Part shown: piece by piece, positions 38,741-52,771 of the stretch | Layout: every line of letters starts with the position of its first letter | Position numbering within the stretch: the stretch's first letter is position 1 | Notes under the pieces: generated by a model | The model's database searches: none | Told to the model about the DNA's origin: nothing | Seen by the model: only the letters and a program-made list of their open reading frames with translations | Origin: Octopus sinensis | Taxonomy: Eukaryota | Direction: 5' to 3' | Assembly (NCBI RefSeq): GCF_006345805.1 | Contig: NC_043002.1 | Location: 24,118,001 to 24,182,000 of the forward strand | DNA length: 64,000 bases | Translations under genes and position numbers: made by a program

Positions 38741-40109
38741 CTCTGCCAAGTGTGCTGTGATGTCAGTCAGTGTTTGTTACATCCTTTTGTTTGTAAAGCA
38801 TTTAGACCAGACAGTAAACAGTGAGTATATACACTTGGCAAGCAGTAGGCATTAATAGATATATAGAGTAATAAAGTCAATTTTCAGCAAAACACCTTAT
38901 CACTAGGAGACAATATGTATGCAAATAGTTTTTGTTGTAAAAGTTATTTTTTTACATATTGTTTTTTAGTGGTAAGTGGTCTTTTGTTAACAATTTACTT
39001 TATCAATGCTGACTGCTTAAGTTGGTGTGATGATAGATAATGTTTACGTAGAATTTGGACCATACAGGCTTCAGGAACTGTAAACCTACCTACTTTGTCT
39101 TCCTAAAAGACATGTATCTGGGTTAAACACATGATCAATGTCTGTGATAGTTGCTACAGCTGGGACAAATAAATGAACTTAACTGATGCATGACAGCCAG
39201 GATTCACTTATAATGATCTGTAACTCAACATGCATGTTTTCTCCATCAAAAGCAACAATGTTGCAACTATTTTGGCCTATGGCTCACTCAGTCACCCTAC
39301 CCTACTATTCTAAAAGAAAATTCCTTGTAGGACCAGATGCTGTGTTCTTTTTCTGCAAGAATGCAATGTCTCTGCAAAATATCCTCCTTTGTTTGTTCTC
39401 TGTTTACACTAATAAAGATGGGAAACTAAACAATTTGTTATACCAAAGTATAATTATATGTTTATGACATATATAGCCTTATTTTAGATCAGTATTCCCC
39501 TAGGATTCTGTGAGACATTACCAAGGATTCCATGAGAAATTGTGATTTATAGTCTAATTTTACAGGAATGCATTTTGTGTTTAATCCTATGTCGTCTAAA
39601 ATCACCATCTGTGTATTGTACTAAATGTATACAAACCATCAGAAGGCATGATATTGTGGAATTTTCCCCCACTACAAAGGGCACAAGCATTTCACACTCA
39701 CACATATACACATGATGGACTTTAGTTTCCACTTACCAAATTCATTCGCAAGGCTTTGGTCAGCCTGAGGTTATAGGAGAAGACACTTACCCAAGGAGTA
39801 AACCTGAAACCCTGTGGTTGGAAAGCAAGCTCAAAATCTCTTCATGGATTTGTTATATTTTAATATCTTCTCCATTTGAGCTGGAAAAATCCTTAAGTAG
39901 CTGGGCAAAATGCTTAGTAGCATTTTGTCCGTTTTTATGCTCTGAGTTCAAATTCTACTGAGGTTGACTTTGCTTTTCATCCTTTCAAGGTCGATAAAAT
40001 AAGTACTAGTTGAACACTGGAAGTGATGTAATCACCTTACCATAGCTCCCAAAATCGATGCTCTTGTGTCAAAATTTGAAGCCCCAATATTATCTCCATT
40101 TATTTTCAG

Positions 40110-40186
40110 AGTGGCAAAACAGTCCTGGCTAATTTCCTGTGTAAAGCCACTGAAGTTACAAATATTTCTCCTACTGTTGGGGTCAG
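40110..40186 (+). CDS. IFT22: IFT22 exon 2 (SGKTVLANFLCKATEVTNISPTVGV)
   Basis: P-loop SGKT and switch I PT.GV; 77 nt, phase 0 to 2. Confidence 0.96.
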
Positions 40187-40972
40187 GTGAGTGACATACA
40201 CTAGAATTAACTAATTTCTTCTTGATTTTCATCATTGTTGCTGTTGTGATTGTTTAACCTGATATCAGGCCTGATCAAGCAAAGTTATGACGAAAGATGC
40301 TTTGACCTAAAGTATTCTATTTTTTCAAAACTTTTTTTTATCTAATATAGCATATAAAGAACACTATTATCCAAAATATCCTCTTTAAAGGGCTGTATTG
40401 TGTGATGCAAGAAAGATTTGACTGCTATTTCTAGTATATCAGATAACTATCTTGAAGCTCCTCAGCGTATTATCATCACTGTATTAAAGGAGGTTTTATT
40501 GGTGGTGAGGATGGTGATGGCTGGAATGATGATGATATTGTATACATATATAAGACCAGAACATGTGTGCTTGAAAAGTCAAACAACAAAGTAATGCACA
40601 ATACAAAAACTTCTTTACCAGAAGTTTATGGCATTATGCCTTTTAAAAAGCTTTTTAAAATAGATAGTAACTTTTAAGAAAATCTTTCTTCAAATATTGT
40701 GACTGCATCAAGTATTTTCTACAAAATTTCTTAAATATATATTTTCGATGTTGACAATTCACTTTAATGCCATTCAGATTTTTATCTTACTATGTATCAT
40801 CCTCCATGTGAAGAAAAAAATCTTATTAACACCTGAAAGACTGTTAGATCTGGAGAGATTATTGAGATGCTAGAGCTGTGATAAGTAGACGTGTGCTGTG
40901 TACAAGAGATAAGATTGAGGGGAGCTTCAGCCAGAACATGGGTATGAATTTATTTGGTTGGGTGTGAGTGTG

Positions 40973-41537
<565 letters not shown>

Positions 41538-41616
41538 CAACTTTGAAAATGAGACTAGCAGTCATCCCCAAAATGATAAACCTATATATTTTGTTCTTCT
41601 TTCTTTCTCCGGACAG

Positions 41617-41703
41617 AATAATGGAGTTTGAGCAGCCAATGATTCTGGATGGTCGTAATACTGTTGCTGATATTGAATTGTGGGACTGTAGTGGTGATCA
41701 TAG
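41617..41703 (+). CDS. IFT22: IFT22 exon 3 ([28 protein letters not shown])
   Basis: ELWDCxGD G3 motif; 87 nt, phase 2 to 2. Confidence 0.96.
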
Positions 41704-42534
41704 GTATGTAGTAATAGTTGTCTTACAATGGTGATAATAGGCTTGTAGCAGTATTGAACTGGTATTCACACACACACACACACATACATATAATGCCAGC
41801 TTGGAAAGTGGATGTTAAATGATGATGATCATGATATGGGTGTGTGTTTGTGTTTATGAATTTGTTTTGCAGGATTGCTGATGTGAAACACTGTGTTGAA
41901 ACAGATATTGTTATGTTTTGGAATGGTCATTTTTACCTTTTTTATTTGCATCTATAAGAGGGATAGCTTTTGAGATGGAATCCATGTCTAAATACATTGT
42001 CCAGTTACATTTCATAATGGAGCTTATACATAATTTGTGAAGGTAGATTTATATAAATTTGCTGTGTCCAATTTTAGTACAACATGTAAGTATTATTACT
42101 GTCACATGATGTGTAATAGTGCACTACACTTTTTAGCAAATAAGCATCTATCACCCAACCCAGTAGTTGTGCTATTACATATCTATAATCAATACAGTAA
42201 AGTTAGGTTTAGAAACATCCAGTGACCATAGAGCCAATACTTCATTCCAGTTTCTATAATTTAGAATGGAATGTGTGAAATATCCCCTGGATTAAATGCT
42301 AGTGTATCACATCAACATTTAAACAAACTCCTTTAGAAAAGCACATTCTTCTGGTTGAACCCAGGATTCCACTCTTACTTTCCTAATTTACTGATGATAA
42401 TGTATGACAAAATTAACAGTGTGTTGAACAGAAAATTGCTTTGTAATATTTAGTTACTTCTATTATGTTATGAGTTCAAATCTTAGCTTGTTTTTTACTT
42501 TATTTTCATTCTGCCAGAGTTGATAAAATAAGTT

Positions 42535-44235
42535 TACCCCTGCTGCAGATCTAAGTAGTGAAACCGCCCAAGTGTTGATAGCTTCAATCTTATTCCGTCC
42601 ATTTAATTTCAACTTAAGGATCAGTCTCAGTCTGTGCAAATACTCCAGCTTAAATTTTTCTGTAATTTCTTTCTCCATCAATTTATCCATTTCCAATATC
42701 CCCAAGTACTTATAGCCCATGTGTTCTATCTGCTTCATAACCTCCCCCGATGGTATCACTAGTCCTTCCATACATTTGATTTTGCCTCTCTTTAAGATTA
42801 ACACACCACACTTTTTCAGTCCGAACTCCATTCTGATATCAGCACTGAAAGTATATACTGTATCAACGAGGGAATTGACTTGGGATTCATCTTTACCATA
42901 AAGTTTGAGGTCATCCATGAATAACAAGTGGCTGACTTTTTGTTGGTGGCTTTTGAATACATACCCAGCCTTTGCTTTCCTCAGAATCAGTGTTAGTGTT
43001 ATCATGCACAGTACAAAGATCAGTGAGGACAGGCAGTCCCCTTGGCAGATGCCTCTCCTTATTTCTATTGTCCCTGTCAGTTCCATCCTCCACTTCGTCA
43101 TACTTTTTCCAAGCAATCACGCAACATTCGATGCAATACCAAATAGGTTCATACATTTCATAATTGAAGAATGTGGGATCACATCATATGCCTTACGGTA
43201 ATCAATCCATGACATGGCTAAGTTAGTTTTCCTCCTCTTGTAGTCTCTAAGTACAGTTTTGTCTACCAGGAGTTGATCCTTGGTACCTGTGCACTTATGC
43301 TTGCAACCCTTCTGTTCATGTGACAGGACTCCATTTTTTACAGATGTCCGTACATTGACTCTGCAACTATTCCAGTGAATAATTTCCACATGAGTGGCAA
43401 GTAGGATATCGGCCTGTAATTGCCTTTGTCGATGTTTTTCAAGCACAGTGCTGTCCTACCCATTGTCAACCACTCTGGTGTTACTTGGTTGGCATTTAAC
43501 AAGGTGTTGAGTTGTGCAGCTATTCATGCATTTCATTCACCAAATCTTTTGATCCAGTAGCCTTGAACTCCATCTGGCCCTGGGGCCTTCCAGTTGCCCA
43601 TTTTTTTGCTGATTTTCTTCACTTCTTTAACTGAAATGACTAGTTCTGCCTGTTTTGGACAGACTACTGTTTGTTTCATTTCTTACGACCATTCAGCATC
43701 CTTCTTGTGCTCCTTGTCTTTGCTCCAGATGTCACTCCAAAATCTTTGACTTTCAATGTTATTTGGTATCAGCTTTTCATCTGTACACTCTCTATTTATT
43801 TTTTTGTAGAATCTCTTCTGATCTACTCTGAATACCCTTTTCTGCTGGTAACCTTTCATTCTTTGGTCATATCTTACCATCTTTGCAACAAAGCATTGTT
43901 TCAGTTCCTCCATTATCACTTTCAATATCATACTTCCTCTTCAGTGCTTTGTATTTTTGTTCACTTTTAAGCTCCCACTTTTCTTTTCAGTCTAACACAG
44001 AAATATCTTTCGAGGGCATATCTAACCTCACCTATATTCTTCTTTTCCATCATGGATCTTTTCTTTTGTCACTCTCATTATATTTCTTTTTCTTGACATC
44101 AACATCCACATTTTGTGCTACAACAATACTTGCTGCCTTGATCGATTTATTTGTTTCTGTGATGTTTTTTGTTCTGATGTATTTCAGAATTTCATTCACA
44201 TTTTTCATTTCTTGGTTCAGTTTCCATTAATCAGC
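42535..44235 (-). mobile_element. R4/Dong-like LINE remnant with reverse transcriptase
   Basis: [42 protein letters not shown]; disrupted. Confidence 0.9.
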
Positions 44236-44932
44236 CTTTCTAAGGTTGCAAATAAGGTTGACTTTGCCTCTCATCCTTTAAAAGTCAATAAATAAAGTAT
44301 CTCTGGAGTCAATAAAATAGGTTCAGTTTCTACACTGGGGTCAATAAGATGGATTGTATTCTTTTGCAAAATTAGAAATTACTTCAACAAACTTCACGCA
44401 GCTGCCATATACACCACCACTGGTACATTGTCATAATTTGAGAAAATATTTTATTTTGTATCTCACATGGTTTAGAGGATATTCAAATAACATGAGTGTT
44501 AAATACTGAAATTCAGTTGTGAAATACTGTAAAAGTACAATATTGTAAAAGTAGATTTCTCTGTAACTAAACAGTATGTGGTGCGACTACACGAAATACG
44601 TAGTATCATTGGTAAGTTCTAATTTCAGGCTGCGACAGTCAACATGTTAAATGTACCATTGGTAAGTCCCAGTTATAGGCTGTGGCAGTTAACATGTTAA
44701 ATAATACACTGGACACCAGATTTATTCATGGTAAGTAGGGAATAAAAATAAAGTTAATTTATTCTTACAATGCTCCAGCTGTAAGAAATTGCTTGACTTT
44801 TTCTTTAAATCATTGAAAAAATTAGTGGGGCACAATAAATAAGCCATGAAGAGGTTGTGTTGTTATGGAACATTAGTGAAAACCTGTCACTGTAATTTAT
44901 TAATTTACATTGTTTTCTGTGTTGTATCTCAG

Positions 44933-45031
44933 ATATGAATCCTGTTGGGCAGCATTTAGTAAAGATGCCAATGGTATTATCTTTGTTTATAACCCAGACC
45001 GTGCCAACCACAACAAAGAACTTGAAGAGCT
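44933..45031 (+). CDS. IFT22: IFT22 exon 4 (YESCWAAFSKDANGIIFVYNPDRANHNKELEE)
   Basis: Matches FESCWPALMKDAHGVVIVFN; 99 nt, phase 2 to 2. Confidence 0.95.
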
Positions 45032-47540
45032 GTAAGATTCTTTTCTCTTATTTTTCCTCTCTCTTCCCTTCTCACATGTTACACTCTTCATTTCCTCATA
45101 CATTTCACAGTTCACCTCTCTATCATACAACTTTAATATTTCATGTTTTTTTTCAATTCACCGAGCTGCAGTGGCCGACACATATGAAGTGTTGACTTCT
45201 TGTTTGTTGGTAATATGTTTCACTCAAACAAAGCTGTGGGAAGTCAACATTTACACACCTTCATGTGCACATAAGGTAAACTTCCTGCTGTTTTCATACA
45301 TCAAATTCGTTCACGCTGTTGGTTGTCTCTGGGCTGCAATAGAAGCCACTTGCTCAAGGGACTGGACTGTGGGATTGAACCTAACACCATGTAGTTGCAA
45401 AGTGATCATCTTAACCACACAGCTGTGTCTGGATCTCATACATGTGTGTGTATATAAATACATACAAATGCACTTATATATCATTATCATTTAACATCCA
45501 TTTTCCATACTGGCACAGGTTGCATGGTTCGACTTGAGCTGGCATAGCTAAGAGCTGAACTAGGCTCCATCGTCTGTTTCGGCATGGTTTCTACACCTGG
45601 ATACCCTTCCTAACACCAACCACTTTACAGTGCACTGGGTGCCTTTTTATGAAGCACAGCACCAACAGGTTCACCAAATATCTTGCAAGATAAAAACAGC
45701 ATAAATCCCTCAACTAGCTTCAATCCTCTCTAATCTTCGCATATCCTCTGCTTTCAAGGCCCATGTCTCAGTACCATATAGCATTGCTGTTTGTTCTTGT
45801 GCATCATACAATCTTCCTTTTACATGGCAAGAATGACCTTTGCTTGTCAACAGAAGTAAAAGCTCTCTGAAATTTCTCCATCCTGACCGGCTCCTGTGCC
45901 AGTGGCTCATAAAAAGCACCCACTACACTCTCAGAGTGGTTGGCGTTAGGAAGGGTATCCAGCTGTAAAAACATTGCCAGATCAGATTTGAGGCTGGTGC
46001 AGCCACTGGCTCTCCAGACCTCAGTCAAACTGTCTAACCCATGCCAGCATAGAAAACAGACGTTAAACGATGGTGATGATATATGTATGTATGTATATAA
46101 GCATGGCTGTGTGGTTAAGAAGCTTGTTTCTCAACCATGTTGTCTTGGGTTCAGTCCTACTGCTTACTACCTTGGGCAAATGCCTCTTACTGTAGTCCTA
46201 AGTTGACCAAAGTCTTGTGAGTGGATTTGGTAGAAGGAAAACTGAAAAAAACCTGTTGAAAATGTGTGTCTGTGTGTACTCTTGGCTTGTCGTCATCCAA
46301 TAATTGTAAATGAATATCACTGTCATAAAAGCTATGTTATTTGTTTCCAATCTTCTAGAGTGAAATATATTTTGCTTGGCAACAAGTGTGGGTTGGTGAC
46401 AGGAAGAGCATCCAGCTGTAGAAAATCTACTTCAACAAATTCCCTCTGAGCATGCAAGCATGGAAGTGGGGACATTAAATCATGATGATGATGAAATGGC
46501 AGTGAAGGCACATGACTCAGTGGTTAGGGCATTGGGCTTACAATCAGTAGGTTGTGAGCTTGATTCTCAAATGGACTGTGTTGTGTTCTTGAGCAGGACA
46601 CTTTATATCATGTTGCTCCAGTTCACTCAGCTGTAGAAATGAGTTGTCACTGGTGTCAATCTGTATTGGCTTTTGCCTTTCTCTTGGATGACATCAGTGG
46701 CTTGGAGTGGAGAGGCTGGTATGCATGGGTGACTGCTAGTTTTCAACAAACAACCTTACCCGGACATGTGCCTCAAGGGAAATTTCTAGGTGCAGTTCCA
46801 TGGTCATTCATAACTGAAGGGGTTCTTTACCTCCCGCCTGTCCATTTACTTCTGATGGCGAAATGGATATGAATATGCATTAGAAATCATCATCATCATC
46901 ATCATCATTTAGCGTCCGTTTTCCATGCTAGCATGGGTTGGACGGTTCAACTGGGGTCTGGGGAGCCCGAAGGCTGCACCAGGCCAGTCAGATCTGGCAG
47001 TGTTTCTACAGCTGGATGCCCTTCCTAATGCCAACCACTTCCTTCTATAATATTAATCATTATTAATATTATAATATAGATGAAGAGGTAGAATTGGAAT
47101 CAGTAGTATCAAAGAAAATGCCTTGCTGTACTGAGTTATCTTTCATCATTCTAAAGATTCAAATTAAATACCAGCCAAATATTCAGGTGGGACATTAGTG
47201 TAATCAGCTCTACTCTTTCCTGAATTTCTAACTGGCCTTGTATCTGAGTTAGAAATCATTATCGTAAGGACTGTAAAGTTGGCAAAATGTTGTTATTGTC
47301 TTTTTAGTCATATCCCTCACAAAGAGACATAACTGAAGTCAAGCTGGGCTTAACTTTGCCTCTGATAAACTAAAATATCAGTCTTTGGGTCTTTATGCCT
47401 GGGTTAGAAATTTTTATTATCAGCAATGCTGGCACTTGGGAGCAATTTGTACCATATTCTTTCCAGATAAAAATGGTGGTTCTCTGAGTGAAGTTCAGCT
47501 AACCTACCATTTATGTTTTTTTTTCTTTTACATGTTCTAG

Positions 47541-47644
47541 ACTTGCTTATTTCCTACCTCAGACAGGCCTTACCACCAACCACTGCTTCTGTGTGAGCAA
47601 TGTTAGAGCCGAGGCTTACAATGCTCCTGTTCGCAGTGAACTCC
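47541..47644 (+). CDS. IFT22: IFT22 exon 5A (LAYFLPQTGLTTNHCFCVSNVRAEAYNAPVRSEL)
   Basis: TAG acceptor, CTCC|GTGAGT donor, 104 nt, phase 2 to 1; gives a 188-aa protein. Confidence 0.85.
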
Positions 47645-47906
47645 GTGAGTACAATCATCTCGCAGCTGGATCTCTATGCACGTGCACACATACACACACA
47701 TACACAGCTCTCATCATCACCACTATTTTATGTTTGGCTTTATGTTGTAATGCTTTCAATCTCTCAAACTTGTATGCATGCATATATACATATGTATCTT
47801 AAATATTCTTAATTTTTCATTGCTATGCCACCTGATGATTGCCTCTCCAGAAAGAAATATGAAGTAATGGCAAAGTAGCCAACTTTAAACTATTGAAATA
47901 ATAATG

Positions 47907-47942
<36 letters not shown>

Positions 47943-48752
47943 TGAAGGCACATGGCTCAGTAGTTAGAGCGTCGAGCTTATGATCATGAGGTGAGTTTGA
48001 ATCCCGGACCGGGCTGTGTGTTGTGTTCTTGAGCAAGACACTTTATTTCACCTTGCTCCAGTTCACTCAGCTGTAGAAATGAGTTGTGACATCACAGGTG
48101 CCAAGCTGTATCGGCCTTTGCCTTTCCCTTGGATAACATTGGTGGTGTGGAGAGGGGAGACCGGTATGCATGGGTGACTGCTGGTCTTCCATAAAAAAAC
48201 TTGCCTGGACTTGTGCCTTGGAGGGTAACTTTCTAGGAGCAATCCCATAGTCAGTCATGACTGAAGGGGGTCTCAGCAATAATAATAATAATCCTTTCTT
48301 TAATAGCCACAAGAGCTGGCAAAAATAAGACTGGGCATTACAAAACATGAAGGATAAAGTGGGGTTACATAAAGTGTCATGTAAAAAGTCAATAACAATG
48401 AAAAATATAACAAAGAAAATGCCTAAAAGAGGCAAACAACTCAGGGCTACTCATGGAGACCCCACAAAGAATCCACAAGCACAATGATGAAAGGTAGAGT
48501 TGACCTCAGTGACGTTTGAACTCAGAACATAAAATGCCATTACACATTTTGTCTGGTGTGCTAACAATTCTTAAGCCTTGAAATTTTGATTATATTAAGC
48601 CTAGTACTTGATTGATACTTATTTTATCAACCCTGAAAGAATGAAAAGCAAAGTCAAACCTCAGCAGAATTTGAACTCAGTATATAAAGAGTCTGAAGAA
48701 ACACCAATAGCATTTTGTCTGGCTTGTTTGGAAAACATGATCAAAGAAAGGG

Positions 48753-49065
48753 TTATGGGGTAGTATCAAAAAGTTCCCAGATTAGTTCTGTAGTATGCCA
48801 ACAGATAGTAGCACACAGTTGCATGTGTAGCGAGAGCTTGCAGTGACCTTCATGAGACAGTGTGGCAAGTGACATCACTGTGTTTACTTTGCAAGTTGTG
48901 AAATTTGTGTGATTTTTGTGATCACTTGTATGCTGTAGTCTGCAACTTTTGTCATGGACAGGTAGTTGAAGCAAAAAGCCAATGTGAAATTTTGCATTAA
49001 ACTTGGGAAGTTTGCAGCAGTGACACTGAACTTGCTTCGGCAAGCTTACTGCAACAAGGCATGAT
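48753..49065 (+). mobile_element. Mariner 5' fragment between IFT22 exons 5A and 5B
   Basis: TIR-like start (TCAAAAAGTTCCCAGA) and QKANVKFCIKLGK...TLNLLRQAY. Confidence 0.7.
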
Positions 49066-49449
49066 TACCATAACAACACTTTGGTAGACATATTTAAACA
49101 ACCATGTTTGTTGCTATAACAATATTTAAATTGTCACATACTGCTATAGCATATTTCAAGTCCCACATCTGTCAACTTAGCAGCTGAATCCCTCTCTCCA
49201 CAAATTATTGGAGTTTTTCTTTTCTTTTTTTTTAAACTTACTAATTTATGTCTTAATCATGTCTAGCACTGTACTCACAATCAACTTGCATGTTACACTA
49301 CACTCAGACTCTCACAGTTTGTTTAGTAAAGTTTAGCACTACACACACTTATTACTTAGTTGTATGTCAGTCTAACATTGGCCTCTCACAGTTTGCTTTG
49401 TTATGCTTGCCACTGCACTCATCAATTGCTCTTTGCTTCTTCATGTCTG

Positions 49450-49830
49450 CCATTGCACTCACTACTCCACTGATAACTCAGATACGCCTAGTGCCATCAG
49501 CTTCCACTCTCACCTCTTCACTCCTCCATCACTATATCAAAGCCATAATCACATTTTCAAACTATCAACAACCATCCCTTCCAAACCAAGTCAGCTCTGA
49601 CACCAACTATCATTATCAATGACACCACCACTACTAACCACTCTGTCCCTACAAAACCATTATATAAGCAACACTGTCATCACCACAACCTCCACCTACC
49701 ATAACTACTCCTTGTCCATCACTCATCACTATAACTACTCCACCTCACCCAACACTGCAATCTCTACCTACCATCACCTCAATGGCCACTACCCATCACC
49801 ATACAATCATCACTAGTGCCACCAATACTA
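49450..49830. repeat. Degenerate (CAC/CAT/ACT)n tract upstream of IFT22 exon 5B
   Basis: Direct inspection. Confidence 0.8.
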
Positions 49831-49873
49831 ACTGCTTTGCTTCTTTCTTTTATGTTTGTTTTCTTTATCCCAG

Positions 49874-49968
49874 ATACAGCTATTTTGTGCGATCATGCAA
49901 AATAAGCCCCAAACGATGTATCTTAATCATCTTGCAATATCCATGTAATGCTTTGACCTATGATCTCC
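49874..49968 (+). CDS. IFT22: IFT22 exon 5B, alternative to 5A (YSYFVRSCKISPKRCILIILQYPCNALTYDL)
   Basis: CAG acceptor, CTCC|GTGAGT donor, 95 nt, phase 2 to 1; resembles vertebrate YSCFVQQPSLQDTQCMLIA; gives a 185-aa protein. Confidence 0.8.
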
Positions 49969-50940
49969 GTGAGTAAGCCATCCAATACAAGGATTTTTAC
50001 TACGTGTATAAATATCGTATGTGCTGACTCCTGAATATTCTTTGTTGTATTTATTGAAAGGTATTACAGGTTGTTTGCTGTGTGTGTGTGTGTTGTTCAT
50101 GTATTTATTATAGGTTCTCAGGTCTGTTGAGTTACCTTTTAACTCCATGTCAACCCTGATCTAGCTAACCTATGATCAAGGATATCTAGAACTATCTTAT
50201 GTGTCTTTCCCTTTTTGAAGATAGTGGAGTGTGATGACAGTGATTTGGCAATTATTTCTAGCAGCCTGAGTGATCACATAGATTCCATTATATTGTATTT
50301 ATTGAAGCTTTTCTGGTATGACTTGTCATAGCAGTAAGTCCAGGTTATAAGATCACAATCACTTTAAAACTTTTGCCTTCATGTTGTGGTTACAGGGCAA
50401 AGAAGCCTAACACAGTCTACTCCTCTTAAGTATCATCCATATATGTGTTCATTTGATGTGAACACCAAAATCTTACATCCTTTTTCTATCTTTTCTTTAC
50501 ATCAATAATGTAAGGAGGATTTCTGTTTGACTTAAAACCCAAACTTAACACTCATAGATCTATTGGACACACTGTTCAGAAAGCACTAGAAATATCATCC
50601 TGCTCTCACCAAGACTAAAAATGCTTCACTGTCCTAGAGTGTTTCCAATTTACTTAATGACACCAGAGAGATTGTTTAACCCTTTAGCATTCAGATTACT
50701 TTGTAAAGTATAATGTTTATGTATTCTCATAGCTTCAAGATTTCAATACTCTTTTACTTGTTTCAGTCATGTGACTGTGGCCATGCTGGAGCAATGCCTT
50801 TAGTTGAGCAAATCGACCCCAGGACTTATTCTTTGTAAGCCTAGTACTTATTCTATTGGTCTCTTTTGCTGAACCACTAAGTTACAGGAACGTAAACACA
50901 CCAACATCGGTTGTCAAGCAATGCTGATGGGGACAAACAT

Positions 50941-50979
<39 letters not shown>

Positions 50980-52472
50980 CACATATATACAATGGGCTTC
51001 TTTCAGTTTCCATCTTCCAAATCCATTCACAAGGCTTTGGTCAGCCCGGGGCTATAGTAGAAGACACTTGCTCAAGGTGCCACGCAGTGGGACTGAACCC
51101 GGAACCATGTGGTTGGTAAGCAAGCTACTTACCACACAGCCACTCCTACGTCTATGACATTGTAGAGTAGGTGAAAGAGGCCAGTTCTAGCTAGTTTGAA
51201 CATAAAGCATAAAATATTTGGGCCAGATATGGCCAGTTTAAATGCTAAAGGATTAATCTCAAACAAATTTAGAATTTTTGCTTTGCATTGTCCCTATTCA
51301 TTTTGTTTCCCACACAACAGGGTGTATACAAAGGTTATTTTCTATGCCATAATACCTCTGGTTGTGCATATATTATAGTGATTGATGCATTTACTGTTCA
51401 GTAGAGTAAACATGAAATGAACTGGAAGTTAATTCAAGGAGATACATTTGGATGGAAGGGTAAATTATTTAGTGTAAGATCTGGGGAAGGTGTTATACAG
51501 AAGTAACAAATGGTGTCAAGAGGGCTTTGTCTGAGTTAGCTCAGCAAGTCCTGATCACATAGACTTATGATCAAAGGTGTCCCAGCCATAACTTTCTGTC
51601 TTACTTGGAATCAATGTATCGAGGACTATGTTATCAAATGTCACTTTTAGTTATTTTATGGCAGTATATAGCTGCTATTTCTTGCAGGTTAAGAGACTAC
51701 ATGGAGGTAGTGCAGTGTTGAGTTATTCTTATATTATCAGCCTTTTCTTGGATAGTCTTTAGTATATGCAATGATAGATGCATCATCCTGCATGTGTGAA
51801 TAGTACTCTACTGAAGCATGTGTACTGAGGCTGCAGTATTTTTTTTATTCTGAAGAGAAAGCCCAGTCAAAAAAAAATGTGAAATGTTATTGTTTAGCCT
51901 CAAGTCAGCCCTAATTGAGAAGGTCTATGATCAAAGGTATTCCAGCCATGACCATCTTGTTTCTCTCTCTCTCTTTTTTTTTTTTGATATCTTCATTCTT
52001 GATTTTTTAAGAAATATTCAAGCGAGGTCGTCGCCAGTGCCGCTGGACTGGCTCCTGTGCAGGTGGCACGTAAAAAGCACCATTTGAGCGTGGCCGTTGC
52101 CAGTACCACCAAACTGGTCCTTGTACCAGTGGCATGTAAAAGCACCCACTACACTCTTGGAGGGGTTGGCATTAGGAAGGGCATCCATCTGTAGAAACTC
52201 TGCCAGATCAGATTGGAGTCTGGTTCGCCAGACCTGTCAAACTGTCCAATCCATGCTAGCATGGGAAGCAGACGTTAAATGATGATGATGATGATGATGT
52301 AGGGTATGATTTAAGAGTGATTTAACTGCTAAATCTTATAAGTTGATTGATCACAAAGAAGTTTGTTATTGTGCATATGTGTGTAATCAGAAGTACAAAG
52401 GTACATAATAACATTTGTCATAAAATTTTCTTCTTCACAACCAAATATTAATTTCCTGATTTTTCCTTTCAG

Positions 52473-52627
52473 CTCCATCATTTCAGAACATACAATGCAT
52501 TGAAGCAAATCTGGAGTCCAGTTCAGAAGATCTGAGAGAGCAGCTTGAAACGTTTCTTGTGACAGTGTTGGTAGCCATGACTGACAAACGTGACCAAGAG
52601 GAACTCAGCATCATGAATAAAAGATGA
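52473..52627 (+). CDS. IFT22: IFT22 last exon (PPSFQNIQCIEANLESSSEDLREQLETFLVTVLVAMTDKRDQEELSIMNKR*)
   Basis: Matches the IFT22 C-terminus (SNLEDDPEEIR...RDREEMSIM); phase 1; TGA at 52625-52627. Confidence 0.95.
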
Positions 52628-52765
52628 TGAAGTGGTAGTAGCTTGGACCCAGTTACTTGCTGTTTCATACATGGCTTTAACTTATCAGTGAATGATCTGA
52701 AGGAGTCAGACAATTCCAGGGAGGGAAAGAGAGAGAGAAAGAGAGGGGGGGAAGACATATCACAA

Positions 52766-52771
52766 AATAAA
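52766..52771 (+). terminator. Candidate IFT22 polyadenylation signal AATAAA
   Basis: About 140 nt after the stop codon, followed by T-rich sequence. Confidence 0.4.

Noticed and set aside
47942-48012. tRNA-like sequence with A and B boxes
   Set aside because: SINE head continuing into the SINE body; no complete cloverleaf
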